Part shown: one piece after another, positions 1 through 11,650 of the stretch
How the letters are laid out: every line of letters starts with the position of its first letter
How positions within the stretch are numbered: the first letter of the stretch is position 1
NCBI GenBank assembly: GCA_028023455.1
Contig: JAQFVV010000011.1
Span: forward strand, 1,364,001 to 1,428,000
Length of the DNA: 64,000 nt
Origin: Epiperipatus broadwayi
Taxonomy: Eukaryota; Animalia; Onychophora
Direction of reading: 5' to 3'
Notes under the pieces: generated by a model
The model's input: the letters and a program-made list of their open reading frames with translations, nothing else
The model's database searches: none
Told to the model about the DNA's origin: nothing
Position numbers and translations under genes: made by a program

Positions 1-43
1 TGCTGATCTAAGCATTTCAATTTCTTCTTCTGTCCATTTTCCA
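1..43 (-). CDS. BAP18: BAP18/C17orf49-like chromatin-complex subunit, coding exon 3 (continues beyond window start)
   Basis: Minus strand ttattgcag|TGGAAAATGGACAGAAGAAGAAATTGAAATGCTTAGATCAGCA gives (S)GKWTEEEIEMLRSA in phase with exon 2; it matches the SANT-like KWTETEIEMLRAA of BAP18. Confidence 0.93.
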
Positions 44-555
44 CTGCAATAAATAAAATACTATTTAGTAACACAGAAGAACATAAGGATAGTATTTTAA
101 AAAGTAGTTAATTATTTAACAATAAAACTGATACAATCAAATATTACTAGCAGTCAAATGTTTTAAAAGATGATCAAAATGAACAAAAGATGCAAACAAA
201 TACATAATAAAAAAAATACTCTTATAATGTTATCAAATGAAGTTCCCAAAATATTAATATATGGATACTTCTTACATACAGAGATAAATTCTGTGAAATT
301 AAAATTTTATTATTTAATCCCTTTTTTAAAGATTTCAAAAATTTGGATAATAAAAATTATATAACAAAAACAATCATTTATATATTTCAATTGTTTTAAA
401 ATTATATACACCTTTATTTTGCCTTCAAAATGTTTTCTCTAAAAGACATGTTTATTTCATTTAAATTTGTTAAGATCTCAATATAAAAACAGAATAAAAT
501 AAAGTAAGGCGATAAATATGATGATTAAACAAAGATTACATTTAGTCATTATTGA

Positions 556-762
556 CAGTACAGAGGCAAAACCTCTCCATACAGTAGTGCCATTCATTGG
601 ATGCAAGAAGTTTGTGAATAAAATCCCTATCCGTGCCTATTCATCCAATATCCCTAGACTAGTTTCTAGCTTGTGGCTTTCATCAGTGAAGAGCCTTAGA
701 TCTAAAACTTGCCACTGTTTTAACAGCTTGAACAAGTATAAGAAATGGTAATCATGTGATGG
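556..762 (-). mobile_element. Hammerhead retroelement family copy (inverted structure; TSD not evident)
   Basis: Minus arm about 556-715 matches the family consensus including the ribozyme; plus arm about 715-762 is the family 3' end (...gtaatcatgtgatgg). Confidence 0.85.
651..692 (-). ncRNA. Type I hammerhead ribozyme (core intact, one stem I mismatch)
   Basis: Minus strand: UCUUCA CUGAUGA AAGC CACAA GCUA GAAA CUAGUC|UAGGGA. Confidence 0.7.
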
Positions 763-2339
763 TTATATCAATATATAGGACTTATCTTCACACATGTTCA
801 TTCAACAGAACCAATTGCAAAATTAAGGGGTGGGGACCTCAATAATTGAAACAAATTTATTTGGACATTTTGTTACTAATGCTGTTATAATTCAAAATGT
901 TTAAAGAATACAGATCATTGTTAAAAAGTAATAATAGATTAATTACTTGTATAATAACATTTCTATTAAAAATACTACTATAAACAATAAAACAGACATA
1001 GACTTAAAAATGACCAATAGGAAGAGAATTATCGGTTAATTTTCTACAATGGAATAAGAAAAAATATATAATTAAAAACAAAAACAGAAGTAGGCATCCA
1101 AAATTTGAATAATAAATGGAAAGAAAAAAGTCAGAAAGAGCAGAAATGGATTATCAGAGAAGAGGCATATACCTTTCTAGAATATACAATCTTAAAAATG
1201 AGGAAAGCAATAGAACTTTATAACAATATTATACAATGAACAACATGAGTGATATGGCTGTTTATCAAGAATATCTCCAAAAGTGTTTAGTCCATTTGTA
1301 TTTAGATATGGGATCCATTGGAGTAGTGCAAAAAAAGCAGACTTAGGGAAAAGCAATAAAAAAAATGTGAAAGGAAAAAACCAGTTGAAAAAAAGAATCT
1401 AAGAGAAGGCAATGGAAAATAACCTTGTCATTTACATGTATATGTTATTCTAAACAGCGAATATGATTTGTTTAAATGACAATATAAAAATTAAAAAAAC
1501 AGGTAAAATTTAAATGATAATTCGTTACAAATGTAAATAATAATAATTTTGTCATTTTAGAATGATATAAAATTGTAAAAAAAAATCTAATAACAGGAAA
1601 TTCATTCTTTAAAAAATAAACTCTTACAGTTGCTAAAAAATAGAATATATTATAAAAGGAATAGATATGATATTGTCAATTTTAATAAAACAATAATGAA
1701 AAACACTTATGTGAATTATGATGCTTTTACCCCCTATGATATAAACCAATCAAACTATATTCCTACAGAATTTCGTAATAAAATTTCAATAAAAAAAAAT
1801 CCATTTCAGCAATTCTGACTCCAACCCTCCTTTTATTTTGAAATCAAGAATATATGAATACGTAAGCCCCATCATTGGGGGAATAGGCTCAGTAAAGTGA
1901 TATTTCTCAATCATTAACTCCCATAAGGCAGTTCAATTACTAATATTCCTTTTGCAACTGAATTTAGAAGTTTCACTTAATAAATAAGTGTTGCCCCTCA
2001 TAAATGTAGAAAGTCATAGCGAAGGGTGTCTAAAAATGTAAGTTACCAATTGTTCATTTAAGCAGTAGAAGAATTGCCATATCAGTAATGGTGGCAAAGT
2101 AGCAATAATGTAAACACAGACACATTGAATGTATAAAATTTTGTTCAATGAAGATTCTTCTAAGATTTAAAGATAGGATAAAATTTATACTGAAAGATTT
2201 ATACTACCTACAGATTAAGAATTGCTCTTAGTGAAATTTATAATGGATGTATAGATAACTAATCTTTCTTCTTGCATTGCCAAATGTATCTAATATAATA
2301 TTAAATCATCTAGGCTCTTTATTATTGTTTCACAATACT

Positions 2340-3345
2340 TTAATTAACACCCCCTTTGACAATTTCCATTACCCCAGCAATCTTCTTCAGAACTAAAACA
2401 TGATACAAATATATGAATATAAATATATATGAATATATAATTTATACATCTATATACATTATATGTATATATTTCATATACACACCTTATATACACATCT
2501 AATTACATGCATATATAACTATATGTATACAACTTATACACATCTTATATATACTTCTTATAATCATCATTTATTTATTACGTTTTAATTTTGTAATTTT
2601 TAAAATTTAAATTTAGCAGTTGAGTTTTGAAGATATAAAAAGAAAGTTGGGTAAAAATGTTTAATATAATAATATTATAAAGTAAATTATAAATATTGAT
2701 TGTTAATAAAATGAATAATAATAATGTAATGTATAAAACATATTAGAGTTAAATATTTAAAAGAGTAATAAGAGTAAAATAAAAATAGAATTTATATGAT
2801 TATAGGTTTTAAATGATAAATATAGAATGTAAAAAGGGTAAAATATATAATAATATTTAAAACATAATAATTAAATGATTATAAAATGTATATATAGGAT
2901 GTGTATAAGTTGTATACATATACATCACATGTTTACCATTTCTTATGTATGCTCAAAACGGTTATTAAAACAGGCAAAACTCTCTATACGTATTGCCACT
3001 CAGTGCAAGCCAGAGTAATCAATGGATGCCAGAAACTAGTCTGGGGATATTGGATGAGTAGGCACTAGATGGGGATTTTATGCACAAGCCTTCTGGCATT
3101 CTTTGATTACCCTGGCTTGCACTGGATGGCAATGCGTATAGAGTTTTGCCTGTTTGTATACAAATAGTTATATATGTAATTATACGTGTATATAATTATA
3201 GGTGTATATGTATGTACATGAATTATATACATATAATGTATATGAATTATATGTACATGTATATTTATATTCATATATTTGTATTATGTTGTAGTTCTGA
3301 AGAAGATTGCTGGGGTAATCGAAACTGTAAAAGAGAGTGATAATT
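2340..3345. mobile_element. Fold-back (inverted pLTR-like) Penelope-type remnant with hammerhead-like motif at both outer ends
   Basis: 2340-2590 is the reverse complement of 2856-2922 plus 3154-3340. Both ends carry CUGAAGA-A-GAUUGC-UGGG-GUAAU(C/G)-GAAA(C/U)UGU(A/C). Confidence 0.6.
2923..3153. mobile_element. Hammerhead retroelement family copy, inverted insertion nested in the fold-back
   Basis: TSD ttgtataca(t/a)ata at 2910-2922 and 3154-3166; inversion junction at microhomology gccagaa (3028-3034); the empty site is visible in the left fold-back arm (about 2513-2535). Confidence 0.9.
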
Positions 3346-6300
3346 TATAAAGCATTGTGAAACAGTAACAAAGTGCATAAATGATTTAATATTATATGTA
3401 GAGATAAATGAGTAGGAGACATTTTGTGGAAAAGTAAAGGAAAAAGTAAATGTTAGATTAAGGTTTAACTTGGTATTCTTGGAATTTTTATATGCAAAGC
3501 TAATGTACTTAAAAGTTATTTTGCACAACGATACTTGCATCTATTTTACCAGTACTTATGTTTTAATATAAATTTTGGAAATTTTTAAAAAGCTTTTATT
3601 TCTTGTTGAATAATATTTATTAGATGAATATTATTAAAAGACCCATTTATTTTTTTTTTTTCTTGATCCAAACTTACTGGAAACAATGCAAATGGTTAGT
3701 TATTGGATTTTTTGCAAGCAAATGAACTGAGAATCAAATATTTTGTTTAGACACAAAAATTGTTATTAAAAAAAAAAAAAACTTGGATAGTTCTAGGTTC
3801 AAAATAATGGCATTTTATGAATTATATTACCATTAGGAGCCAGAATACACAACAACTAAATATTACATGCGTATTTGAAGTTACAGATGAATTGCCAATT
3901 AGAATACTCCAAGATTAAAGTGATGCAATCTTAAAAAGTATGCCTTGTACCAAATATATTGATAGGAAATTTAGTGTTCACTCTTTAGAATTAGAGCTAC
4001 TTGAGCTAACTTTCAATAGCTGTGTTGTGTTTCATCTGGATTATATATAAACACAAACCTGTGCAAAGATGTTTTATAATATATTTTTATTAGTCAAGCA
4101 TGAATACAAATATACTCGTATTTACAATCTATTTACAATGGCTGTACTCCACCTGCTATCATTTGCTGAAGTATAGCTCCTAGTTCTAGTGTGAACTGAG
4201 GAAGGGACTATACATGCTCTTGTAGATTTCCCTACCACTTACCACTGTATTTTGACAGCCTACCTTGTGAGTAGATATGATGACACTTCCGGATGTACTA
4301 TGACAGCTTGCTTCATGTTGGCATTTGGTTCTAGTAGCTTCCAGTCCTGAACATGGACTTGTCTTGCTGAGTTACCTGTTAGCTTTGATAGTTCTTGACT
4401 GGAGAATGTACATACTGCTGTTCAGGTTTAACGGTAGTTCTCTGGAGAATGTATATACTGCTGTTCAGGTTTAACAATAATTCTCTAACCTTACTTTCCA
4501 AAAGACTGACTATTTATTGTCAGATCTCCAACCTTAATGGAAACATTTGGATTCAGTGAGCATCATTGCCTATTGGCCAATTCTTGCCATTGGTGATCTC
4601 TTTATATACGCATTGGCTAGTGGTAATGAATGCTCAATCCTGATTGAGATAAGAAGGAATCTGGACTAGTCCATTATTTGAGGGCAAGGTGAGATGTGAT
4701 AAGCTATAAATTACCAATTTGAATTTCTAAGCTGGTTAAGATACTGAAGCTGGAATTCTCTTAAGGAATGAGTATTTTAAAAAAAAATTCTTGCCATTTT
4801 TCTTTAATAAAAATTTTATAACTAGTGACCTGATTTAAAGAAAGTATGTGTTCTGCTTGACTGAATAATAAAATGATTATGGAACTTTATGAACAAAATA
4901 GGAATTTAGATGCAGATTAATAATTGATTGGAAGACTTAAAAAATGATAGATTGATTAAAATTAAAACTATGAAAAAGAACAGTCAAGAATTGATGGAAG
5001 TATTTTCAGCATCTTTTGAATAGTTTATGCAAATCATATAATATATCGGTCCAATTGGCTTATTTGGATTTAGATAGATATATTAAGTTTAATATGATTT
5101 AAATAACTTTTTGACATCTTAAAAGAAAAAGACTACAGATCCTAATGAAATCTCTGAAGAAGTTTTTAAATGTTAAGGTTTAATGATGTTAATTTTAAAA
5201 CTATTGTTATTTCTTAAAAATATATAAATTCAAGATATTGTTTGGAATGATATTAAGAAAGCTTGTTATTCCAACTAATAACACATGGAAAATATTGCTA
5301 TAATTGTCACAAAATACTTTCCTAGAATTTTATCACAGGTAAGTCATTACTAGAGATGCAATGTGGTTTCAAGTAATCCAAAAACATTTAAGACATTTTT
5401 TTGTTGGGAAAAAATCCCGCAATAAAATATATATATTGTTATGACTGTGATCATCATCAAATGTATATCGTATGTCCAAGTTTAGATATGAAGGGTCTTG
5501 GAATTATAGTGAACTAGAACCAGAGGTTTAAAATGATAAATTCTATGGCAGTTGCTTCCCTGATCCACCATATTGTAAAAATAAATGTCTAGTGGTACAG
5601 ATTTTACTTTTGACGCATTAAATACCAAAAAACTATATTGTTTCGTTAAGTGGCATTGAATTTTTTATTTACTAGATATATTTTAGATATTTCTTTATGA
5701 TTAAAAAAAGGAAAGAGAGAGAAATCAAATTAGTGATTAAAAATCTTTAATTAAGTAATGTTTACTTAACATCTTATAGAAAATAATCAGACAATGAGTA
5801 TAAGGGATTATCATGTTCTTCAGGTATAATAATTTTAATTTTGGTTTAGAATGTAGACATTAATTAGCAAAATTTATTATGTTTTCAAAATAGTTTTAAT
5901 TTTGGACTGCAAAGGTAATTAAACACTGAAATGCCACAAAGACTATGTGAGAACATTAATAATTTTGTTTTAGAGAGAGTATTGATCAGCCAATGAGTTG
6001 CACAGTAAAGCTTAAAAAAAAAAAGAGGACATTTAACAAAAACCAGTGCTTGCTGCTAGGACTTTTAAGTTCTTTAATATTAGAGCATAGTGCGGCCGTA
6101 TAAAATTATTTTTTATTTGTGTGCGATAGTTAAACTGACTATACTTAATATTAATTCTTTTGTAGTGTTGTTAATTCCTCCTAGTATGTGCTAAAACGTT
6201 CTAAGTGACAAGTATTTTCATATTATTCTTAAAAAAAATGTGATGAAAACCTTACTTAACTAGATAACGTGTGATGCCTGATTTTATGGTCCACTGTTTG

Positions 6301-6664
6301 TCTATGTACTACCAAGAAAATAATACTGCATATTTTAAAAGAAAATCGTATGATATATATAGCAAATTTTACATCAAATGTTAAATGAAAATCTTGTAAA
6401 ATATGTAATGGACTGTAAACGCCCAATAAATATTTATAAACTTACAAATTATCATAAAATTTGCATAAGGTATATATATAAGTTTATTATACAACTGTCA
6501 TTAATATTTATTTTTTATCATTATTTATTTTACATAAGCATAACATTTATCTCAGCTGTGCTATATTATATGGCCATTGTGTTAGAAATCAATGGATTAA
6601 ATCATTAATTAATATTTTATCTTATTTTCACTCATTTATAGTTATTTGTCTATATTATTTTTAT

Positions 6665-6809
6665 ACCACTAAACATCACATGATCACTAGCTCGTACTAG
6701 CACATAATTGTTATTAAACAATTCAAAACAAAGCAACTTTCCATTGATTGCTCTTGCTGGCACAAGATGGCACTACTGTATGGAAAGTTTTGCTTTGTTT
6801 TGAATTGTT
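6665..6809. mobile_element. Short hammerhead-family copy (3' portion only, inverted)
   Basis: TSD tattatttttat at 6653-6664 and 6810-6821; inverted 3' end plus a forward cattgatt..ggcacaagatggcactactgtatgga segment. Confidence 0.85.
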
Positions 6810-6999
6810 TATTATTTTTATGTGTATATTACTCAGAAAAAAATGCTAATCAGTGTATTTATAATTTTATGATTCTTATTACTAATATTAGTTTGTTTCT
6901 CATTCTTTACTAGTTGTTAAATAAATTTTGTTATTAAAATAATAAAACATTTAATTGTATGCTGTTTTTGTTCACTATCTCATTCCACAAATTAGTTTG

Positions 7000-7760
7000 G
7001 TATTCAAATATATCGTCAGCATTATCTTGACTGTGGACAGAGTCCTTTCTCTAAACTGTGCTATTGTTGGATGTTATTGGAATTATAGAGATTTAAGTCT
7101 ATCTTGATTGTGTTCACTGGTAGCTTTTCTTTGAGGAAGATGGTGCCCTAAGGTCTTGGTCATAATTATGAGTCTCTAAGTTAAGCTACCAGTGTGGAGC
7201 AATCTTGTAACAGACTGCCTGAAAGATGGTTGACAAAAAACAATGATCAGGAAATATACTTGTGTTTATAGTCAATCTATAAAAAAAGTGATAGAGAAAA
7301 TAGACCCTTGTTTGATCATCATCATGAATCCTAAAATATCACCCAATGATCACCTTTGATGGTTCCCTGGACATTAATGGCTCATTAACAGAGTTATAGG
7401 ATAATCACATCATAAATGGTGACTCAAGTATGGTGTGATTAAATTCATTTACGATATAAATATTGGTTTTATCAATTTAATCAAAGTATTTAATTTAGTT
7501 ATCAAGAATATTTGTGGTAAAGTTAGAAAATGGCTTATTCATAGAAGTTTATTCATATTAAAGAACTGTCACTATCATGTAGCGATATATAGTCCCTACT
7601 TCAAATCTGTTTTCCATTTTTTTGTTAAAAGAAATCTTAATAAATACCTCCATAAAGCAGGTTTAATGAATATGTTTTTAAAATTTGAAATGATTGAATG
7701 TAAAATCAAGAACTTTATTCTTTTGATTCCTAAATTTAAAATATGCTAGTAATTATTCTA
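7000..7760 (-). mobile_element. Degenerate LINE RT fragment
   Basis: Minus-strand remnants resembling RT motifs (KQGSIFSITFF; FVDF..); many stops. Confidence 0.5.
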
Positions 7761-9499
7761 ATTCTAGATCTTCAATACTTAGAATGCAATCTATAAAGAA
7801 TCTGCTTTAATAATATTAAAAAAAAATGCAGACACTTTATCAGACAGTAAAGGAATAAAAATTTTCAACAGCTTTTGGTTTGGATGATCAACAGTTTGGT
7901 AAAAGATATTTCACTAAAGTGGCATATCTAATTCTATTAAATTATTGCACAAAAGTAAAACATGAACCCTGTAGTGATTGTAAAATCAAATGTAATGTTT
8001 TTAGCTTATGGGATTGATCAACACTGCATCTATATTTATAAGGGCACACGATTATTGACCCAGAGCAGGTGAAATACATGAAGAGAAGAAACTTCTGAGA
8101 AAATAGCATTTTATTTCATTCATCTAACTTAATGCAGCAATGACTAATTTCAGTAAATGAATACAGCAGAGAATATAATATAAAAGAGAATTACCATAAG
8201 AAATTTAAAAACCATACATCACTTAGTTCATTAGCTTATATAATATGTGATAAAACAAAAGCAACTCTCTGATCAATGACCATTAGACATCTTAGTATTT
8301 AAATTTTCAAACCCAAACAGGTTTCTAGCTTTTGCTTTATCAATAAGAACTTGGGATTCAATGCTGGAAGTAATATAATTATGCATTCACAAACCACCTT
8401 TAGTTCTATTTTACTATTCAGATCTGAAATTCCAAAATTTTTTAAGATTTTGAAACCAAGTCAAAAGAGTTATGTAAATCTAAATCTGAATCGGTAAATA
8501 GGTATTTTAATAATCCCAGTTTTTTTCTAACTGGAGATACTGTTTTCCCTAGCTAGGGATACAATATATGATAAAATACAATAATTCTTTAGTATAATAC
8601 CATCTATAGTAAGCTTGACTAATAATGATTATTAGATGGTAATGCAGAGTTAGATCTATATAACTATGTAAAGTAAGTTGATTTACGTTAAAAACCTGAG
8701 AGCTTTCTGAATTTGAAGCCCTAAGCCCAAGCCTCATTGAAAAGTCAAAACCAGAAACTGATGTAAATTTAAATGCATTACCATCTGGTTATTAGCGATT
8801 ACTCTAGCTTACTATAGATGGCATTATATTAGAGATGCTCTTGATTTATCATAATTATGAAATGTGTTCACATTTTTTTTTTTTAAGAATGTTTACAGTG
8901 GAAGAGGTTAAGAAAACATTACATGATATCAAATAAGTAGAATATGGAAGAGGTTAAGAAAATATTGCATATCAAATAAACAGAGTACAAGCAAAAAAGT
9001 TCAGCATATATCTAAATCTAAGATTCATAGATTGGTTTATTTAATTACATTAGCTTTTTTTTTTTCTTTATTTTTCTCACTTTTTTTTTTAGAATTAGAA
9101 TGATCAAATTAACAGATAAAAGTCTAAATACTGCTGTCACCCCCCTCTTCAAATACAAATGTCGATAATAGAAATAATTCCATACACAGTTTTTGCCAAT
9201 TGATATTATTTCCCACATCTATAAAAGTATAAATAAGTTCACCTTTTCCTACAACCTAAAAGCAGAATTAATTTTTTTTAAAAAAAGACATCATTTAATT
9301 TACAATTACAGTTGCAAATTAATAAATTAATAATAATAAATTTGACAGAAAAATGTTTCTCTGTCAAAGGAAAGGAGTAAACTGAAAATAATTTCATTAC
9401 TTATTTTTTTGGCTTTTCTAGATTTCAATCTATCCAAATGTCTAAAAAAAATATATGTCCAAACTTTAGTCAGAACAAAAAAAAAAAGAACTACTTGGA

Positions 9500-10620
9500 A
9501 AGAAAGATGAATAGGTTAATCAATATCTATGTAATGAGACAATTCCTTCATTGCTTATCACCTCCATAGATCAAGTTCATAAAATGTTCAACAATCTTTT
9601 ATTCTTTTTCTATTGCTTATATTAAATAGATTTCTAAAAAAAATCACTTCTTTGCCCTTTTCACAATGCTTTTTATTCAATTATCTGACAGTTTTGACTA
9701 TTTAGCAGGCTTCTTCAGAACAGTTGTAATAAAGGGAAAAGTTTTGGAAAAAATTTATTTTATGTTGATAACTTCCTTGCTTTATATTTTGCTGGTATTT
9801 CCTTTTTTTATATACCACTTTATCATTTATAAATATTTATTTGCATGGGGTATACCTAAATATTTATGTTAAATAATTTGAACATAGTTTTGATAGTTTT
9901 ATATTATGTTTGCTTCCTTTACATGGATAAAAAGCTATTAACATCGTAAGCAACTATATCAGTGGAATCGTGATAAATAATGTTTAATAAAAGCATTTAT
10001 ATATATATATACTGTACAAGGAAGTCATATTACAATCTTAGAAATTTCAAAAATGAACAGACCAAATACAAAATGATTGAAAAATATAGGGTAGTCAGTA
10101 ATGTTATAATTTGGGGCTATCCCCATGCACAAATAAAAGTAAAACATATATTTGGATTGTATAAGGAAAAAGTACAAAAATTCTTGAACTATCTCAAGAA
10201 GTTTATGCAATTCTTTTCTAGAAAATTAAAATTATTTTAATTTTAAAAGAATTTATTCCAAGATGCTGATTCATAAAATTGCATTTGACTACCTTATTCA
10301 GCTTAATTAAGCCTTTCTGTAATTAATTTGTACTCCAGAGAATAAATCTCTAACTATATAAATGACTTGGCATATTCAGCACTTGGTCTCTAGATCTTGT
10401 TCTTCAATATCTAAGCTATATCATCATAGGATTTAGAAATCAGCCAAGGTAAAGAAATCTTCTGGGCAAGAGATGGGAGACAACTCCCTTTTTAATAAAG
10501 CAGGTCTAGGGCATGCTTTAAAAGTTGTCACTGTAAATATTATTGTTTTATTAAAGTTTTTAGAGCCTGTTGTATTCATATCTATAAATGGACACTTAAC
10601 TCTTTATTTTATATGCGCAC
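9500..10620 (-). mobile_element. Degenerate RTE-like LINE fragment
   Basis: Minus-strand remnants resembling KKGV..SP..F and downstream RT motifs; frameshifted. Confidence 0.4.
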
Positions 10621-11086
10621 GTACCAATTAATATTTATAGACATTCTTCATATCTGAAATTCTGGAGACGTTAATTCAAAATTTTATATAATTTAACACT
10701 ACTATTGAATTATGGCAGTAAATTATTATACTTTATCCCTTACCCGACTTACAAACTATTCCACGATTGCAGATCAATTTGATCATGTCCACAATGCGGA
10801 CCGGACAAAATACACCCAGAAGTTAATATAGAGCATTATACTGCCTTGCACGTTATTAATAAAAGTTGAATGTATTTTCAAAGTAATAGATAAAGTTTGA
10901 ATTTTTCAAAAAATGTTTCACTTATAAAAACAGAAATAGCCAATCATATATCTACAAGTAAAACACTATCATCGCAAACAATCAGACAAACATTATATAA
11001 AGTTACAACACATATGTATATACAATATAAACAATAATATTAGATGAGAAATGCGAATTCACATTACAATGCAAGATTACACTTAC

Positions 11087-11181
11087 CTCGAAGGAGATGG
11101 TTCTGATACAGGGTGAAGTTGCATCGTTAATTCCCCAAGTTTGGTAAAGGCTGCTCCTGCAGCAGTAAAAATTTCCCCAAC
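11087..11181 (-). CDS. BAP18: BAP18/C17orf49-like, coding exon 2 (95 nt)
   Basis: Bounded by tttcag|...|gtaagt; translates VGEIFTAAGAAFTKLGELTMQLHPVSEPSPS, nearly identical to the BAP18 N-terminus VGEIFSAAGAAFTKLGELTMQLHPV. Confidence 0.95.
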
Positions 11182-11501
11182 CTGAAATTAATTAAAGACA
11201 AAAATTACTTTAAAGTAATATAAAAAGAATTTGGAAAAGGAAAAAAATAGACGAATTCTATTTTACGAAAATTTTATCACGACTTTTAAATATAGTCTTA
11301 CTGGGACGGCTAATATAAGAAATATGGCACAATAATAACAAGCGAAATTCAAAATTCGTGGCAGAAAAAAGCACTCAAGCCGGTAACATTAAAAAAACAA
11401 AAAAAAAGTACTTAAAAGGTATAAGGATAATTAAAGAATTGTTAAACCGATATAATTGAATTTGTAAAATACTTATGTATAATAATAATAATTAACCATA
11501 C

Positions 11502-11519
11502 CTTGCTCGCTGAACTCAT
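11502..11519 (-). CDS. BAP18: BAP18/C17orf49-like, coding exon 1 (ATG, MSSASK)
   Basis: ATGAGTTCAGCGAGCAAG|gtatgg; phase-0 join to exon 2 gives MSSASKVGEIF (human MTSASTKVGEIF). Confidence 0.88.
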
Positions 11520-11574
11520 GTTATAAAAAAAATAATAGTATAAAAATAGTAAAAGTAATAATAATTAAATAAAT

Positions 11575-11650
11575 ACACTAGCCATTTACTATGAATATAC
11601 AACAAATTGTATACGGCGCTGTAGTCGGACAGTTATTACCTGGAAAATGC
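11575..11650 (-). promoter_or_regulatory. Probable BAP18 TSS/5'UTR region
   Basis: CpG-containing patch just upstream of the ATG with a YY1-like AAATGGC on the sense strand; inference only. Confidence 0.3.

Noticed and set aside
4090-4700. Possible solo LTR (higher GC, CCAAT-like boxes, 40-bp internal duplication)
   Set aside because: I could not identify TG..CA ends or a TSD.
8300-8835. Degenerate inverted repeats (8596-8650 vs 8779-8830; 8320-8360 vs 8720-8760)
   Set aside because: Too decayed to define termini or family; probably old MITE debris.
170-10240. Short AT-rich ORFs in the BAP18 intron and similar ORFs elsewhere in the ORF track
   Set aside because: They are low-complexity I/K/N/F/Y-rich translations without recognisable domains; several are frames of the repeats described above.
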